A DNA stretch of 34,695 bases from a virus (Duplodnaviria > Caudoviricetes), in the IMG/VR virus record IMGVR_UViG_3300044262_000072, positions 1 through 34,695 of that record. One strand, given 5' to 3'. Of this stretch, positions 1-8,121 are shown one piece after another; the first letter of the stretch is position 1; each line of letters starts with the position of its first letter. Made by a program: the position numbers and the translations under genes. Under the pieces are notes generated by a model that was not told the origin of the DNA, ran no database searches, and saw nothing but the letters and a program-made list of their open reading frames with translations.

Positions 1-127
1 TTGTGGTGAGGACAAAACAGGTGTCGTAGAGACTTACCCTTTTGTTCCAATCTTAGGATACTTTGAGCCGTCGATATGGATGCCATCGCAAAGAGTTCAA
101 GGAATTGCTTCGTGCAACTGGTCTATG
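1..127. repeat. Terminal direct repeat, copy 1 (identical to 34569-34695); circular assembly overlap
   Basis: ttgtggtgaggacaaaacagg...tgcaactggtctatg occurs at both ends. It is 127 nt long and lies inside the portal ORF in the same frame, consistent with a k=127 assembler overlap. Confidence 0.97.
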
Positions 128-1258
128 CAAAGACAGTTCAACAAGCGGCACATGAAGATCGTAGACATGATGGACTCGGACATTTCTACCGGTTTCAAAT
201 ACATGATAGGATCTGTCGCTGATGTGAATGATTTGCAGCAGTCAGGACAAAATAAGCTAATCGGTATTGATCCAGAAAATGCGCCTGCTGGGATGGACTC
301 TGTACAGCAGCTCCAAGGCGGTGGCTGCAATCCCGCGTTAATTGAATACCAAAAAGTTTTAGATCAGCTCTCTCTAACTCTCTCAAACGTCAATGAATCC
401 GTTTTGGGTGTTGATGAAAAAGGTAACACACAAGTTTCTGGTCGTTTAGCTGAGGTTAGAATAGCACAAGGTCTACGTGGCAATAGAAAACTGTTTGATA
501 ATATTGAGACAGCCCAGCAAATACTTGGCGGACTGATTTTGAAGTGTATGCAAAGTACCTATAGTCCTGGGAAAGTAGCTAGAATCTTAGGTGAAGAGCC
601 AACACAGCAGTTCTATGACAAAGATTTTGAGCAATACGATGCGGTTATAAAAGAGGGTGTACGCAGTAAATCTCAAAAAGATGCTTACTATTACGAGCTT
701 GTACAGCTTAAAAAAGACCAAGTGGTGGACGTTCCGCAGTCCGAAATTGTTCGTGCGCTGCAAATGTCTGGTTTAAGCGACCTGCAAGAAGCTATCAAGG
801 CTCAAGAACAAAATATGGCACAGCAGCAAGCAAAAATTGATGAGCAAGAACGCATGGCCTTGGAGTTAGCAAACAGCCAAAAAATAGCTAATCTTTCTTT
901 AAGTAAAGAACGCGAAGCACGTATGTTAGCGGATATTGGATTGGCAGAAGAAAGACACAGTGAAGCAGCTTCAAATATGGCAGATGCTGTTTTGGCAAGA
1001 TCTAAAGCAGTCGTTGAAATTGCTTCCTTACATGAAGATAGAATCCTAAAGGTTTTAGAGTTTTTGAATACATTGCAAGATAATGAAGCAATTCAACAAG
1101 AGCTTATTTCTCAAAAGACTCAGCAAAAAGCTGACATGATCGACCAAAGCGATGAATTTAAACAGATGACTCAAGTACAGTCTTCACAGCAAGTTCAATC
1201 TCCTCAACAACCCCAGGTAGGCGCAGATAATTCCTCACTTTTGGGAGGTGGCCTGTGA
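1..1258 (+). CDS. Portal protein, C-terminal part (continues from 33649 across the junction)
   Basis: In frame with the ORF starting at 33649. Contains YPFVP..GY, a portal-like core (NVNESVLGVDE..QVSGR...RIAQG...LFDN) and a long Q/E-rich coiled-coil tail like the P22 portal barrel. Lies between terL and scaffold/capsid genes. Confidence 0.88.
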   Translation, partial: CGEDKTGVVETYPFVPILGYFEPSIWMPSQRVQGIASCNWSMQRQFNKRHMKIVDMMDSDISTGFKYMIGSVADVNDLQQSGQNKLIGIDPENAPAGMDSVQQLQGGGCNPALIEYQKVLDQLSLTLSNVNESVLGVDEKGNTQVSGRLAEVRIAQGLRGNRKLFDNIETAQQILGGLILKCMQSTYSPGKVARILGEEPTQQFYDKDFEQYDAVIKEGVRSKSQKDAYYYELVQLKKDQVVDVPQSEIVRALQMSGLSDLQEAIKAQEQNMAQQQAKIDEQERMALELANSQKIANLSLSKEREARMLADIGLAEERHSEAASNMADAVLARSKAVVEIASLHEDRILKVLEFLNTLQDNEAIQQELISQKTQQKADMIDQSDEFKQMTQVQSSQQVQSPQQPQVGADNSSLLGGGL

Positions 1259-1859
1259 TTTGTACAACTTTTAAAGCTTGTTCTAGGGTTAATTTATATT
1301 TTTCGGAGGCTTTATGTATCCTTCGATGACAACTACCACAAACAATTATCAAATTATCCCAGGAATTATTAATTCTGTTTCCATCTTTATGATGTACGTC
1401 GAATCTAATATTAGATCTCCCACAACAAATACATCTGGAAGGCTGCGTTTGGATAGCAACTTCACGATAAACTTTTATTTGGGATTTTTTTTCGAGTGGT
1501 TTTTTTTGTTTACCAGCGAATTTAATGGAATTCTCTTTTGCAAGTCTTTCATATTTGCATTTCATGCTGCAATTAATTCTATGTTTAGCTTGTGCAGGTT
1601 GAAAATACGCAATCTTACCGCAGTTCTTGCATGCGATAGGAATCTTATCAATTGTGTTCCATTTATGAAAGCAAGGAAGGGAGCAGAACAATTTTCTACC
1701 GCCCTTACCTGGTTTAACAATAAATTCTTTGTTGCATTGCTTGCAGTTAGAAAACACTTTAGGGTGTCGGTTCTTTTGTCCGCAGCTTATAGAGCAAAAG
1801 CGAGTTTTCTTAAAGCGAACCGAAAACGGTTTTTCGCAGTATTCGCAAATTTTTTCCAT
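1158..1859 (-). CDS. HNH endonuclease with three N-terminal CxxC...FCSxxC zinc-binding repeats
   Basis: C-terminal CICCG...DVHHKDGNRINNSWDNLIIVCGSCHRRIH motif. Probable start MEKICEYC at 1859. Antisense insertion overlapping the portal 3' end. Confidence 0.88.
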   Translation of the reverse strand: MEKICEYCEKPFSVRFKKTRFCSISCGQKNRHPKVFSNCKQCNKEFIVKPGKGGRKLFCSLPCFHKWNTIDKIPIACKNCGKIAYFQPAQAKHRINCSMKCKYERLAKENSIKFAGKQKKPLEKKSQIKVYREVAIQTQPSRCICCGRSNIRFDVHHKDGNRINNSWDNLIIVCGSCHRRIHKASEKYKLTLEQALKVVQITGHLPKVRNYLRLPGVVEEIELAVKTVLESSV

Positions 1860-1865
1860 AACATA

Positions 1866-1907
1866 AATATACATCGCTTGCACATTAATTCGCAAGCGAT
1901 GTATTTA
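1866..1907. promoter_or_regulatory. 13-bp inverted repeat carrying overlapping divergent sigma70-like promoters
   Basis: ATACATCGCTTGC (1869-1881) pairs with GCAAGCGATGTAT (1892-1904). Minus strand: TTGCGA-18-TATATT ending 6 nt before the HNH ATG. Plus strand: TTGCAC-18-TATTTA upstream of 1924. Confidence 0.55.
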
Positions 1908-1923
1908 ACAAAAGAGGTAAATT

Positions 1924-2139
1924 ATGGCATACGATAAATCAAGCGGAAGCGGTGGGAAAAAAGGGCTTCTGCAATCAGGAAAGGGCATGTGCTCATACGG
2001 TTCAAACCCAATGTCTGCTGCATCTCGCGTATCCCCAATGTGTGGACCTGGAATGAACCCACAGCAAAATAAAGCTAACAGGCTTTTGCAAAAAGCTCAT
2101 GCTGAAAATGATTCGATGCGTGGAAAAGCAGGAATGTAA
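1924..2139 (+). CDS. Small G/K/M-rich hypothetical protein (head module)
   Basis: 71-aa ORF with RBS GAGG, between portal and scaffold genes. Confidence 0.75.
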   Translation: MAYDKSSGSGGKKGLLQSGKGMCSYGSNPMSAASRVSPMCGPGMNPQQNKANRLLQKAHAENDSMRGKAGM

Positions 2140-2150
2140 AGCGGTTTTAC

Positions 2151-2531
2151 ATGAAGTACGATGCAGCCAGCGGATTAATTTTACCTGAAAACGTCATAGA
2201 TGAGAAAGCTTCATTGAAAAAAGTTATAGATGACGTCGTGGATAAAACTGTTATGCAACACCAGCATTTGGATCAGACATACTTCTTAACATTACACGCT
2301 AAGTTTAATGATAAGGGAGAATTCTGCATCAGTCCGCCTTATATCACGTATAAACTGCCTCAGTTCATGACAAATAGCTTTGTATTCTGGGTCTGCAATA
2401 GAAAATCAATTTGTGAACTACTTTGGATGGTCCCTGCTAAAAAGCCTGGACAAAAGCCAAAGCCAATATTTAATGAAAATGGTGTAGCCTACCTACAAGC
2501 AAAAGGCGCAATGCCCCAGAGAGCGGCGTAA
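2151..2531 (+). CDS. Hypothetical protein
   Basis: 126-aa ORF tightly packed in the structural operon. Confidence 0.75.
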   Translation: MKYDAASGLILPENVIDEKASLKKVIDDVVDKTVMQHQHLDQTYFLTLHAKFNDKGEFCISPPYITYKLPQFMTNSFVFWVCNRKSICELLWMVPAKKPGQKPKPIFNENGVAYLQAKGAMPQRAA

Positions 2532-2560
2532 GCTCTCGTAATGTACGAAAGGAGACATTT

Positions 2561-3172
2561 ATGTCAGAACAGGAATTAGTACCCCCTGAAAATGCCGGAG
2601 TTGAGTTAGCCCAAGAGATGATCCAAGATCAAAAGATCGAGATTGCTCAAGAAGCAGCTCAAGACGATCTTCCTAAAGAGGATCATGTGCCATTATCAAA
2701 GTTCATAAAAGAACGGAAAAAAAGGCAAGAAGCAGAACAAAGAGCTATGCAAGCTGAGAAACAAAGGCAGCAAGTTGATGACACCGCGCAATATGAGTCA
2801 GCAACAAGGGCCGATCTTGGTCATACGCAAAATGAGATTATTAGGATTGTAGAAGAGCGTCAATGGGCGAGAAACAATCCTGAGAAATATGAGCGTTTGC
2901 AAGCTAACTTAGAGGATTTTTTAGAAAAAAAACCCTATTTGGCAGAAGCGTTAAAGCACGCTCCAAATCGCTGGGAAGAAGCTTATGAGTTAATGGACGC
3001 GCTCTCAACTAAAGAACGCAAAGTTGCTAAGCCTGTAGAGAAAAGAAGGGATGCACCAAATTCGCCAACTTCTGTACCTAAGGCCAGTGCAATAAATGAA
3101 GTTAAAGATTTCATGGCCATGACTGATGCTGAATACCGCGCTTATAGAGAGTCTAAACGTGTACGTCGATAG
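2561..3172 (+). CDS. Capsid scaffolding protein (putative)
   Basis: RBS AAGGAG; acidic helical protein with VPLS..IKERKKRQEAE coiled coil and C-terminal MTDAEYRAYR capsid-binding-type helix; immediately upstream of the major capsid gene. Confidence 0.75.
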   Translation: MSEQELVPPENAGVELAQEMIQDQKIEIAQEAAQDDLPKEDHVPLSKFIKERKKRQEAEQRAMQAEKQRQQVDDTAQYESATRADLGHTQNEIIRIVEERQWARNNPEKYERLQANLEDFLEKKPYLAEALKHAPNRWEEAYELMDALSTKERKVAKPVEKRRDAPNSPTSVPKASAINEVKDFMAMTDAEYRAYRESKRVRR

Positions 3173-3193
3173 GAGTACAACGAGGAGACACTA

Positions 3194-4132
3194 ATGTCAG
3201 TAACAACCACTAGCGGATACGGTTCAATGTCCGACCGCTGGGCGCATAGAGCTTTGCTTCAAAGAAGTAAGCCTCAAAACGTCCACAACTTATTTGGTAG
3301 AGCATTTACTTTACCACAAAAAAATACAGATACAATGACGTTCAGAAGACAAGAAAACCTTGATTCTGATCCAGTAGTTTTGCCAGAAGGAGCAGATCCA
3401 GCACCTGAGCAAATCCAAAAATTTGACATCAACGTTACCATACAAGAATTTGGTAAGGTTGTACTTCTTTCCAATAAAGTTTTGCTTGTCGTTGAAGATG
3501 ATACTGCTTCTGAAACAGCAGATAACCTCTCTCAATGTATGCATACAATGCTTGATAAGGTTACTAGAGACGTTTGGGCAGCTGCTGTACCTCAAATTTC
3601 ATGTCTTAATGGTGTGAATGGTAACGCGATTACAGAACTCACACAGACAGACGTCAACAGAGCTATTCAGTATCTTGATGATAACAATACAGAGAAGATG
3701 ACACCGACAATCCAAGGTACGTCTAAATTTGGTACAGGCCCTGTGGAAGCTGGTTTCTGGGTTACTGCTCACGTAAACTTAAAACCAGACATTCGCTCTC
3801 TAGCTGCTTTTGTACCTACTTCACAGTACGGTTCACAAGAGCCAGTATTACAGGCCGAATTTGGTGCTACAGACGAAGCAAGATGGGTAACATCTACACT
3901 CGTTACCAAAACTGATGCTAACCCACCAGTCTATTATAACACATTCATCGGCGCTAATGCTTATGGATATGTTTCACTTGATCAGGTATCAACTGAGATG
4001 ATCTTGAAGCCACTTGGCTTTAACGATTACCTAAATAGATTCCAATCTATGGGTTTTACAGCCTGGTTTAATGCCGCCATACTCGATGACTCGCATATGG
4101 TTACTCTTTTATCAACTAAAGCAGCAGCTTAA
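3194..4132 (+). CDS. Major capsid protein, N4-gp56 family
   Basis: LLQRSKPQNVHNLFG..LPQKNTDTMTFRR..L..DPVVLPEGADP...VTIQEFG pattern and C-terminal KPLG..DYLNRFQSMGF.AW..AAILDD, typical of N4-gp56-like capsids. RBS GAGGAG. Confidence 0.88.
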   Translation: MSVTTTSGYGSMSDRWAHRALLQRSKPQNVHNLFGRAFTLPQKNTDTMTFRRQENLDSDPVVLPEGADPAPEQIQKFDINVTIQEFGKVVLLSNKVLLVVEDDTASETADNLSQCMHTMLDKVTRDVWAAAVPQISCLNGVNGNAITELTQTDVNRAIQYLDDNNTEKMTPTIQGTSKFGTGPVEAGFWVTAHVNLKPDIRSLAAFVPTSQYGSQEPVLQAEFGATDEARWVTSTLVTKTDANPPVYYNTFIGANAYGYVSLDQVSTEMILKPLGFNDYLNRFQSMGFTAWFNAAILDDSHMVTLLSTKAAA

Positions 4133-4143
4133 GGAGGCGCGAC

Positions 4144-4911
4144 ATGGCAGACTTAAAATTAGGCGAAACCTGTACTGAGGCATTTAAATTTATCTCAGCT
4201 GGTACAGCCCATACATTTACTTTTAACTTCCAACCAGACAAGGTTACTTTTTATAATCTTTCCGATTGGACAGCTACAGCCGGTGGATTTCCTATATCAG
4301 TTTGGTTTAGAGAACAAACACCTACTGCAGATGCTTACCAACAAAGAGTTGTTGATACATCAGCAGGTGCATCGTTTAACTTTGTCCTTGAAGCTACTAA
4401 CGGTTTCACTGTTGCTGATACTGACGGTGGCGTTTCTGATAGACACGCTACTATTAGCGGTATCACAGCTGCTGACCCTGTAGTCATTACACACAGTGCG
4501 TATACGTTCCAGACAAACCAGATCGTCACTATTACCGATCTCGGTGACGTCGGTGTTACTGACAACGGCATGCAACAGCTTAACAACAACAGATATTCTA
4601 TCGTTGTGCTCTCACCAACTACATTCTCTCTTAAGGATGTTATCACTGGTGAGCCTATCGATGGTACACTGTTTACACCATATGTTAGCGGTGGAAGAAT
4701 TGCTCTTGATACAGCTGTTATCAGCTTAAACAACCCGCAAGTAACTCCATACAGCAATCTAAACCCATATAATCCTAATCCATACGCTTATGACCCTGTT
4801 GAATATAGATTGACAGCAGGCACAGCAGTTATGGGTTCTGATGGTGATGTATTTCTTATTGAGGTGGTTAAATACGGGCAGGTCGTTAACTTAGGCGATT
4901 TACTGGTTTAG
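4144..4911 (+). CDS. Virion (decoration-type) protein with inserted E1-FCCH-like domain
   Basis: Directly after the capsid gene. Internal ISGITAADPVVIT...NQIVTITD...GMQQLNNNRY.I.V...TFSL...IDGT.FTPYVSGG matches the ubiquitin-activating E1 FCCH-like domain seen in phage structural proteins. Confidence 0.7.
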   Translation: MADLKLGETCTEAFKFISAGTAHTFTFNFQPDKVTFYNLSDWTATAGGFPISVWFREQTPTADAYQQRVVDTSAGASFNFVLEATNGFTVADTDGGVSDRHATISGITAADPVVITHSAYTFQTNQIVTITDLGDVGVTDNGMQQLNNNRYSIVVLSPTTFSLKDVITGEPIDGTLFTPYVSGGRIALDTAVISLNNPQVTPYSNLNPYNPNPYAYDPVEYRLTAGTAVMGSDGDVFLIEVVKYGQVVNLGDLLV

Positions 4912-4916
4912 GGTAC

Positions 4917-4975
4917 TTTACTTTAAGTTTAATAGCCTTCATACTGGACTCACTTAAAAAGGAGTCCAGTATGAA
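4917..4975 (+). promoter_or_regulatory. Perfect 14-bp hairpin sequestering the HNH RBS and start codon, with a promoter overlapping the 5' arm
   Basis: TTCATACTGGACTC (4938-4951) pairs with GAGTCCAGTATGAA (4962-4975). Candidate promoter TTTACT(4917)-17-CATACT(4940). Confidence 0.75.
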
Positions 4976-5609
4976 AATTTGTACAACATGCCAGATAGAA
5001 AAAGAAGAATCTGAATTTAGAAAGAATAAGACGATTAAGTGTGGTCTTGACGGAGCTTGCAAGCCTTGTAAGGCATTAGAAAAAAAGCGGTGGAAAGAAA
5101 AAAATAAAGAATATTACTTAGCTCAGCAAAGAGAATATGCTCTTAAAAGATACCATGAGAATATAGACAGAGAGCGAAAAAGAAATGCTGAATGGAGAAA
5201 AAATAATCCTGAAAAATACAAGGAAAGCAACAAAAAAAGTTGTTCTTTGAGTTTTCAGAAAAATAAAGATGAAAGAATAAAAAAAGCTCGAGAATACAGG
5301 GAAAATAACCGTGAAAAAGTCAGGGAAGCTAGTCGCAAATATAAAGCTGAAAACTATGATAAAATCATGGCTAAGCATAAAGAATATTGGGCTAGATATC
5401 CTGAGAAATACAAGGCACAAAGAGCGGTTAACAATGCTATTGCGCAAGGAAAGATGGCTAAACCATCATATTGCAGCCGATGCCTAAAAGAATGCAAGCC
5501 TGAAGGCCATCATGCAGACTACTCAAAACCGTTAGAGGTCGAAAGGGTTTGCAGAGAGTGCCACAATATGATACACGGTAAATGTAAAACCGCTTTACAG
5601 GAAAAGTAA
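4971..5609 (+). CDS. Putative HNH-type homing endonuclease
   Basis: N-terminal KICTTC...CKPC zinc finger, K/E/R-rich helical repeats, C-terminal CSRC...EGHHADYSKPLEV..VCRECH motif. Confidence 0.8.
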   Translation: MKICTTCQIEKEESEFRKNKTIKCGLDGACKPCKALEKKRWKEKNKEYYLAQQREYALKRYHENIDRERKRNAEWRKNNPEKYKESNKKSCSLSFQKNKDERIKKAREYRENNREKVREASRKYKAENYDKIMAKHKEYWARYPEKYKAQRAVNNAIAQGKMAKPSYCSRCLKECKPEGHHADYSKPLEVERVCRECHNMIHGKCKTALQEK

Positions 5610-5929
5610 TGTCTGGCCAAACAGCATATAGAGCGAATATCATAAACGTTACCAACTCTAACCCATGCTCAATTGAACATGATTTAGAAGATGGCTTTGA
5701 CACGTTTGACTTTGTACGCATTACAGACCTAAACGGAATGATGCCTATTCCACGCGGAGAGGATCAAATAAACAACAATCGGTATCGGATAATTGTTACA
5801 GGTTCTTTTACCTTTAATATTCAAGATCCGATTACTCATCAATACATAGACTCGACAGCTTACACACCGTATGTGTCGGGGGGTTCGGTCAATAAAGTTC
5901 CGACCAATTTTTATTATGAAGGAGATTAA
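5609..5929 (+). CDS. Stand-alone E1-FCCH-like domain virion protein
   Basis: IINVTNSNPC...FVRITDLNGM...QINNNRYRIIV..FTF...DPIT..IDSTAYTPYVSGG; clear paralogue of the domain in 4144-4911. Confidence 0.7.
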   Translation: MSGQTAYRANIINVTNSNPCSIEHDLEDGFDTFDFVRITDLNGMMPIPRGEDQINNNRYRIIVTGSFTFNIQDPITHQYIDSTAYTPYVSGGSVNKVPTNFYYEGD

Positions 5930-5930
5930 C

Positions 5931-6389
5931 ATGAGTAAAAAATCACTAGACGATGTTATAGATAAAGCAGCTGAAAGAGTACCTCTAGAAGATATGCCCT
6001 TAAATTCAATTAGAGACTATCGTTTGTACAATGAAGAGGTGCGTAGGCTTAATAAGCTTGCTAAACAAAGAGACAAAAGCTTGAAAGAAGGTATATACCA
6101 AATCAAGCAATGTCCTGAAGAGTTACACCCTAAGCAAAGAGTAACAGTGCACAATAACCAGCAACCGAACAATCCTGTACCGGTGCATCTAAGCAACGAT
6201 TTAATCCATTTTGATAAAAAATTGCAGCCTGGGGTTGAATATGATTTGCCAGAGTGTGTTATCCATCATATAGCCTCGTTAGGTAATCCTGTTTGGAAAT
6301 GGCGTAATAAATCAGATGGATCTAAAGAAACATATTACGATCATAAAACGCCTAGATTTTCTGTTAGAACTGTTTACACAGGTACATAA
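5931..6389 (+). CDS. Hypothetical protein (head-tail region)
   Basis: RBS AAGGAG before ATG 5931 (MSKKSLDD); stop overlaps the next start codon. Confidence 0.75.
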   Translation: MSKKSLDDVIDKAAERVPLEDMPLNSIRDYRLYNEEVRRLNKLAKQRDKSLKEGIYQIKQCPEELHPKQRVTVHNNQQPNNPVPVHLSNDLIHFDKKLQPGVEYDLPECVIHHIASLGNPVWKWRNKSDGSKETYYDHKTPRFSVRTVYTGT

Positions 6390-7078
6390 TGACTAGATCA
6401 GTGACTCAATGCCTAACTATAATGAGACGAGCCCTAGGACGTAAAAACGTTAACGATCCTGATGCGTCACCGGAAATTCTTTTAAGCTACCTCAACGATG
6501 CTATCAGCCTTACCATGTCTGATGATGTGAAGGTGTTTGAAAATTACGGTACACTCTCATTTACAATTGACGATAGCACGGTCAATGGCGTCTACACATT
6601 TAATGATGTAGGCGCCGCAGATCAGTTTGTCAATATAGGCATTGAGGCATTTATTTCTTTTTTAAATCCAGTTGACAACTCTACGTCATGGAATAGCCTA
6701 CAAATTTATGAAGATCCAGGAGAGTTCTATTCAATATGGGGCATAAACAATACGGGCATTCTTGTTAGAGGCTATCCCACAATGATGCTTTATTACGGTA
6801 ATGAGTTTGTATTTAGGACACTTCCTGATCGCGAATATCTAGTGCATATTTATGGCTACAAGCAGATATCAGATTTCCCAGATCAATCAGGCGACTTGCC
6901 TTTTGATTATTGGCTACGTTATTTAGCCTATTTAGCCGCTTCCAACTATGCACGTGATTTTAGATATCCCCCTGATCAACTCGCATTGATTAAAGACGGA
7001 TATTCACACGAGCGAAAGTTGTTATTAACACGACGGCATAATCAAGCGAAAGTTAATCGCTGTATGCCAAGATTTTAG
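6389..7078 (+). CDS. Head-tail adaptor / tail tubular protein A-like
   Basis: 229 aa; N-terminal helices (..RRALG...LLSYLNDAI), beta core, C-terminal DLPFDYWLRYLAYLAA helix; position typical of podoviral adaptor genes. Confidence 0.6.
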   Translation: MTRSVTQCLTIMRRALGRKNVNDPDASPEILLSYLNDAISLTMSDDVKVFENYGTLSFTIDDSTVNGVYTFNDVGAADQFVNIGIEAFISFLNPVDNSTSWNSLQIYEDPGEFYSIWGINNTGILVRGYPTMMLYYGNEFVFRTLPDREYLVHIYGYKQISDFPDQSGDLPFDYWLRYLAYLAASNYARDFRYPPDQLALIKDGYSHERKLLLTRRHNQAKVNRCMPRF

Positions 7079-7086
7079 GAGCACAT

Positions 7087-7239
7087 ATGCCATTAATAAA
7101 AGGTGCAAAAGCAAAATCAAAAAAAGGTTTTTCTGAAAATATCCGTAGAGAAATTGAATCAGGAAAGCCACAGAAACAAGCAATTGCGATTGCTTATTCG
7201 ATAGCAGGAAAATCTAAAAAGAAAAAAGGTGCAAAATGA
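7087..7239 (+). CDS. Small basic phage protein (50 aa), not in the ORF track
   Basis: MPLIKGAKAKSKKGFSENIRREIESGKPQKQAIAIAYSIAGKSKKKKGAK; RBS AGGAG; ATGA overlap with 7236. The NI..E...GKPQKQA.AIA motif is common in phage structural regions. Confidence 0.8.
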   Translation: MPLIKGAKAKSKKGFSENIRREIESGKPQKQAIAIAYSIAGKSKKKKGAK

Positions 7240-7430
7240 AATGCTCTAAGATGTCAAAAGACCGTGGCGACAAAAATTACATGGAAAAAGATGAAAAGCA
7301 TGACCGCAAACGCGACATGAAAAAAATCAAAACTATGAAAACTGCTGGTATTGCTACTGCTTTCAAAAAATCTGAAAAAGAACAAGGCAAATCTAAACTT
7401 GTAAAACCAAAAGCTCAGAAGAAGGTATAA
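7236..7430 (+). CDS. Small lysine-rich hypothetical protein
   Basis: 64-aa ORF translationally coupled to its neighbours. Confidence 0.65.
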   Translation: MKCSKMSKDRGDKNYMEKDEKHDRKRDMKKIKTMKTAGIATAFKKSEKEQGKSKLVKPKAQKKV

Positions 7431-7431
7431 G

Positions 7432-8121
7432 ATGGTCTGGAATAGCGTTTGGCCCATAGGAAATATATCTGTTAAAGATAATAGAGCTCCAGGGCAGCAG
7501 AATACTACCTATATTGAGACAAATATGGGCGGTACAGCTAATAACATCGCTTATACTACTGCTACAAAAGATCATTTCTGGAATCAAGGTGCTGATCTTT
7601 CAGGTCACCACAGATTTTTTAAAGCGCCTGGATTTACTGTAGGTGGTGTCCCTGCTAATCCAGGAGACCCTGGCGATGGTGGATTGGGTACAAGCATTGA
7701 CGGCATTATGTATCTTAAAACTGCAAGTACATCTATTGCACGTGTAGAGATGTTTTACCGTAATGGTCAAGGAATTTATCAAATTGGCCCATCTTACCAA
7801 ACAGGCACTGTGACAATTGCAGGAAATACAATTCAAACGATTGTAGCAATGCCTGCAAATGTGTATGGACATATTTTCATGGTATATGATGCAGATAAAA
7901 GTTTATGTTGCGAAGGAATAGTCAGCTCAAGCGCTGGACAAACTAGAGGTTTTACTTCGAGGGTTAGATCTTCTTCATCTGGCTTTGGTTCCTTTGATTA
8001 TGCTGTTGAATTATTAAATGACCCAGCTGGCGGTTTAAATTTAAGATGCAGACAAGGTGACGGATCTTCGGGTGCTGTAGACGGTGTATGGACTTGGTAT
8101 CTAACTTATAGAGCGCAATAA
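7432..8121 (+). CDS. Virion structural protein (tail-associated, G/T-rich)
   Basis: 229 aa, beta-rich composition, coupled to the nozzle gene. Confidence 0.65.
   Translation: MVWNSVWPIGNISVKDNRAPGQQNTTYIETNMGGTANNIAYTTATKDHFWNQGADLSGHHRFFKAPGFTVGGVPANPGDPGDGGLGTSIDGIMYLKTASTSIARVEMFYRNGQGIYQIGPSYQTGTVTIAGNTIQTIVAMPANVYGHIFMVYDADKSLCCEGIVSSSAGQTRGFTSRVRSSSSGFGSFDYAVELLNDPAGGLNLRCRQGDGSSGAVDGVWTWYLTYRAQ

Noticed and set aside
1314-1937. 207-aa plus-strand ORF
   Set aside because: F-rich shadow of the minus-strand HNH gene, which has the real motifs.
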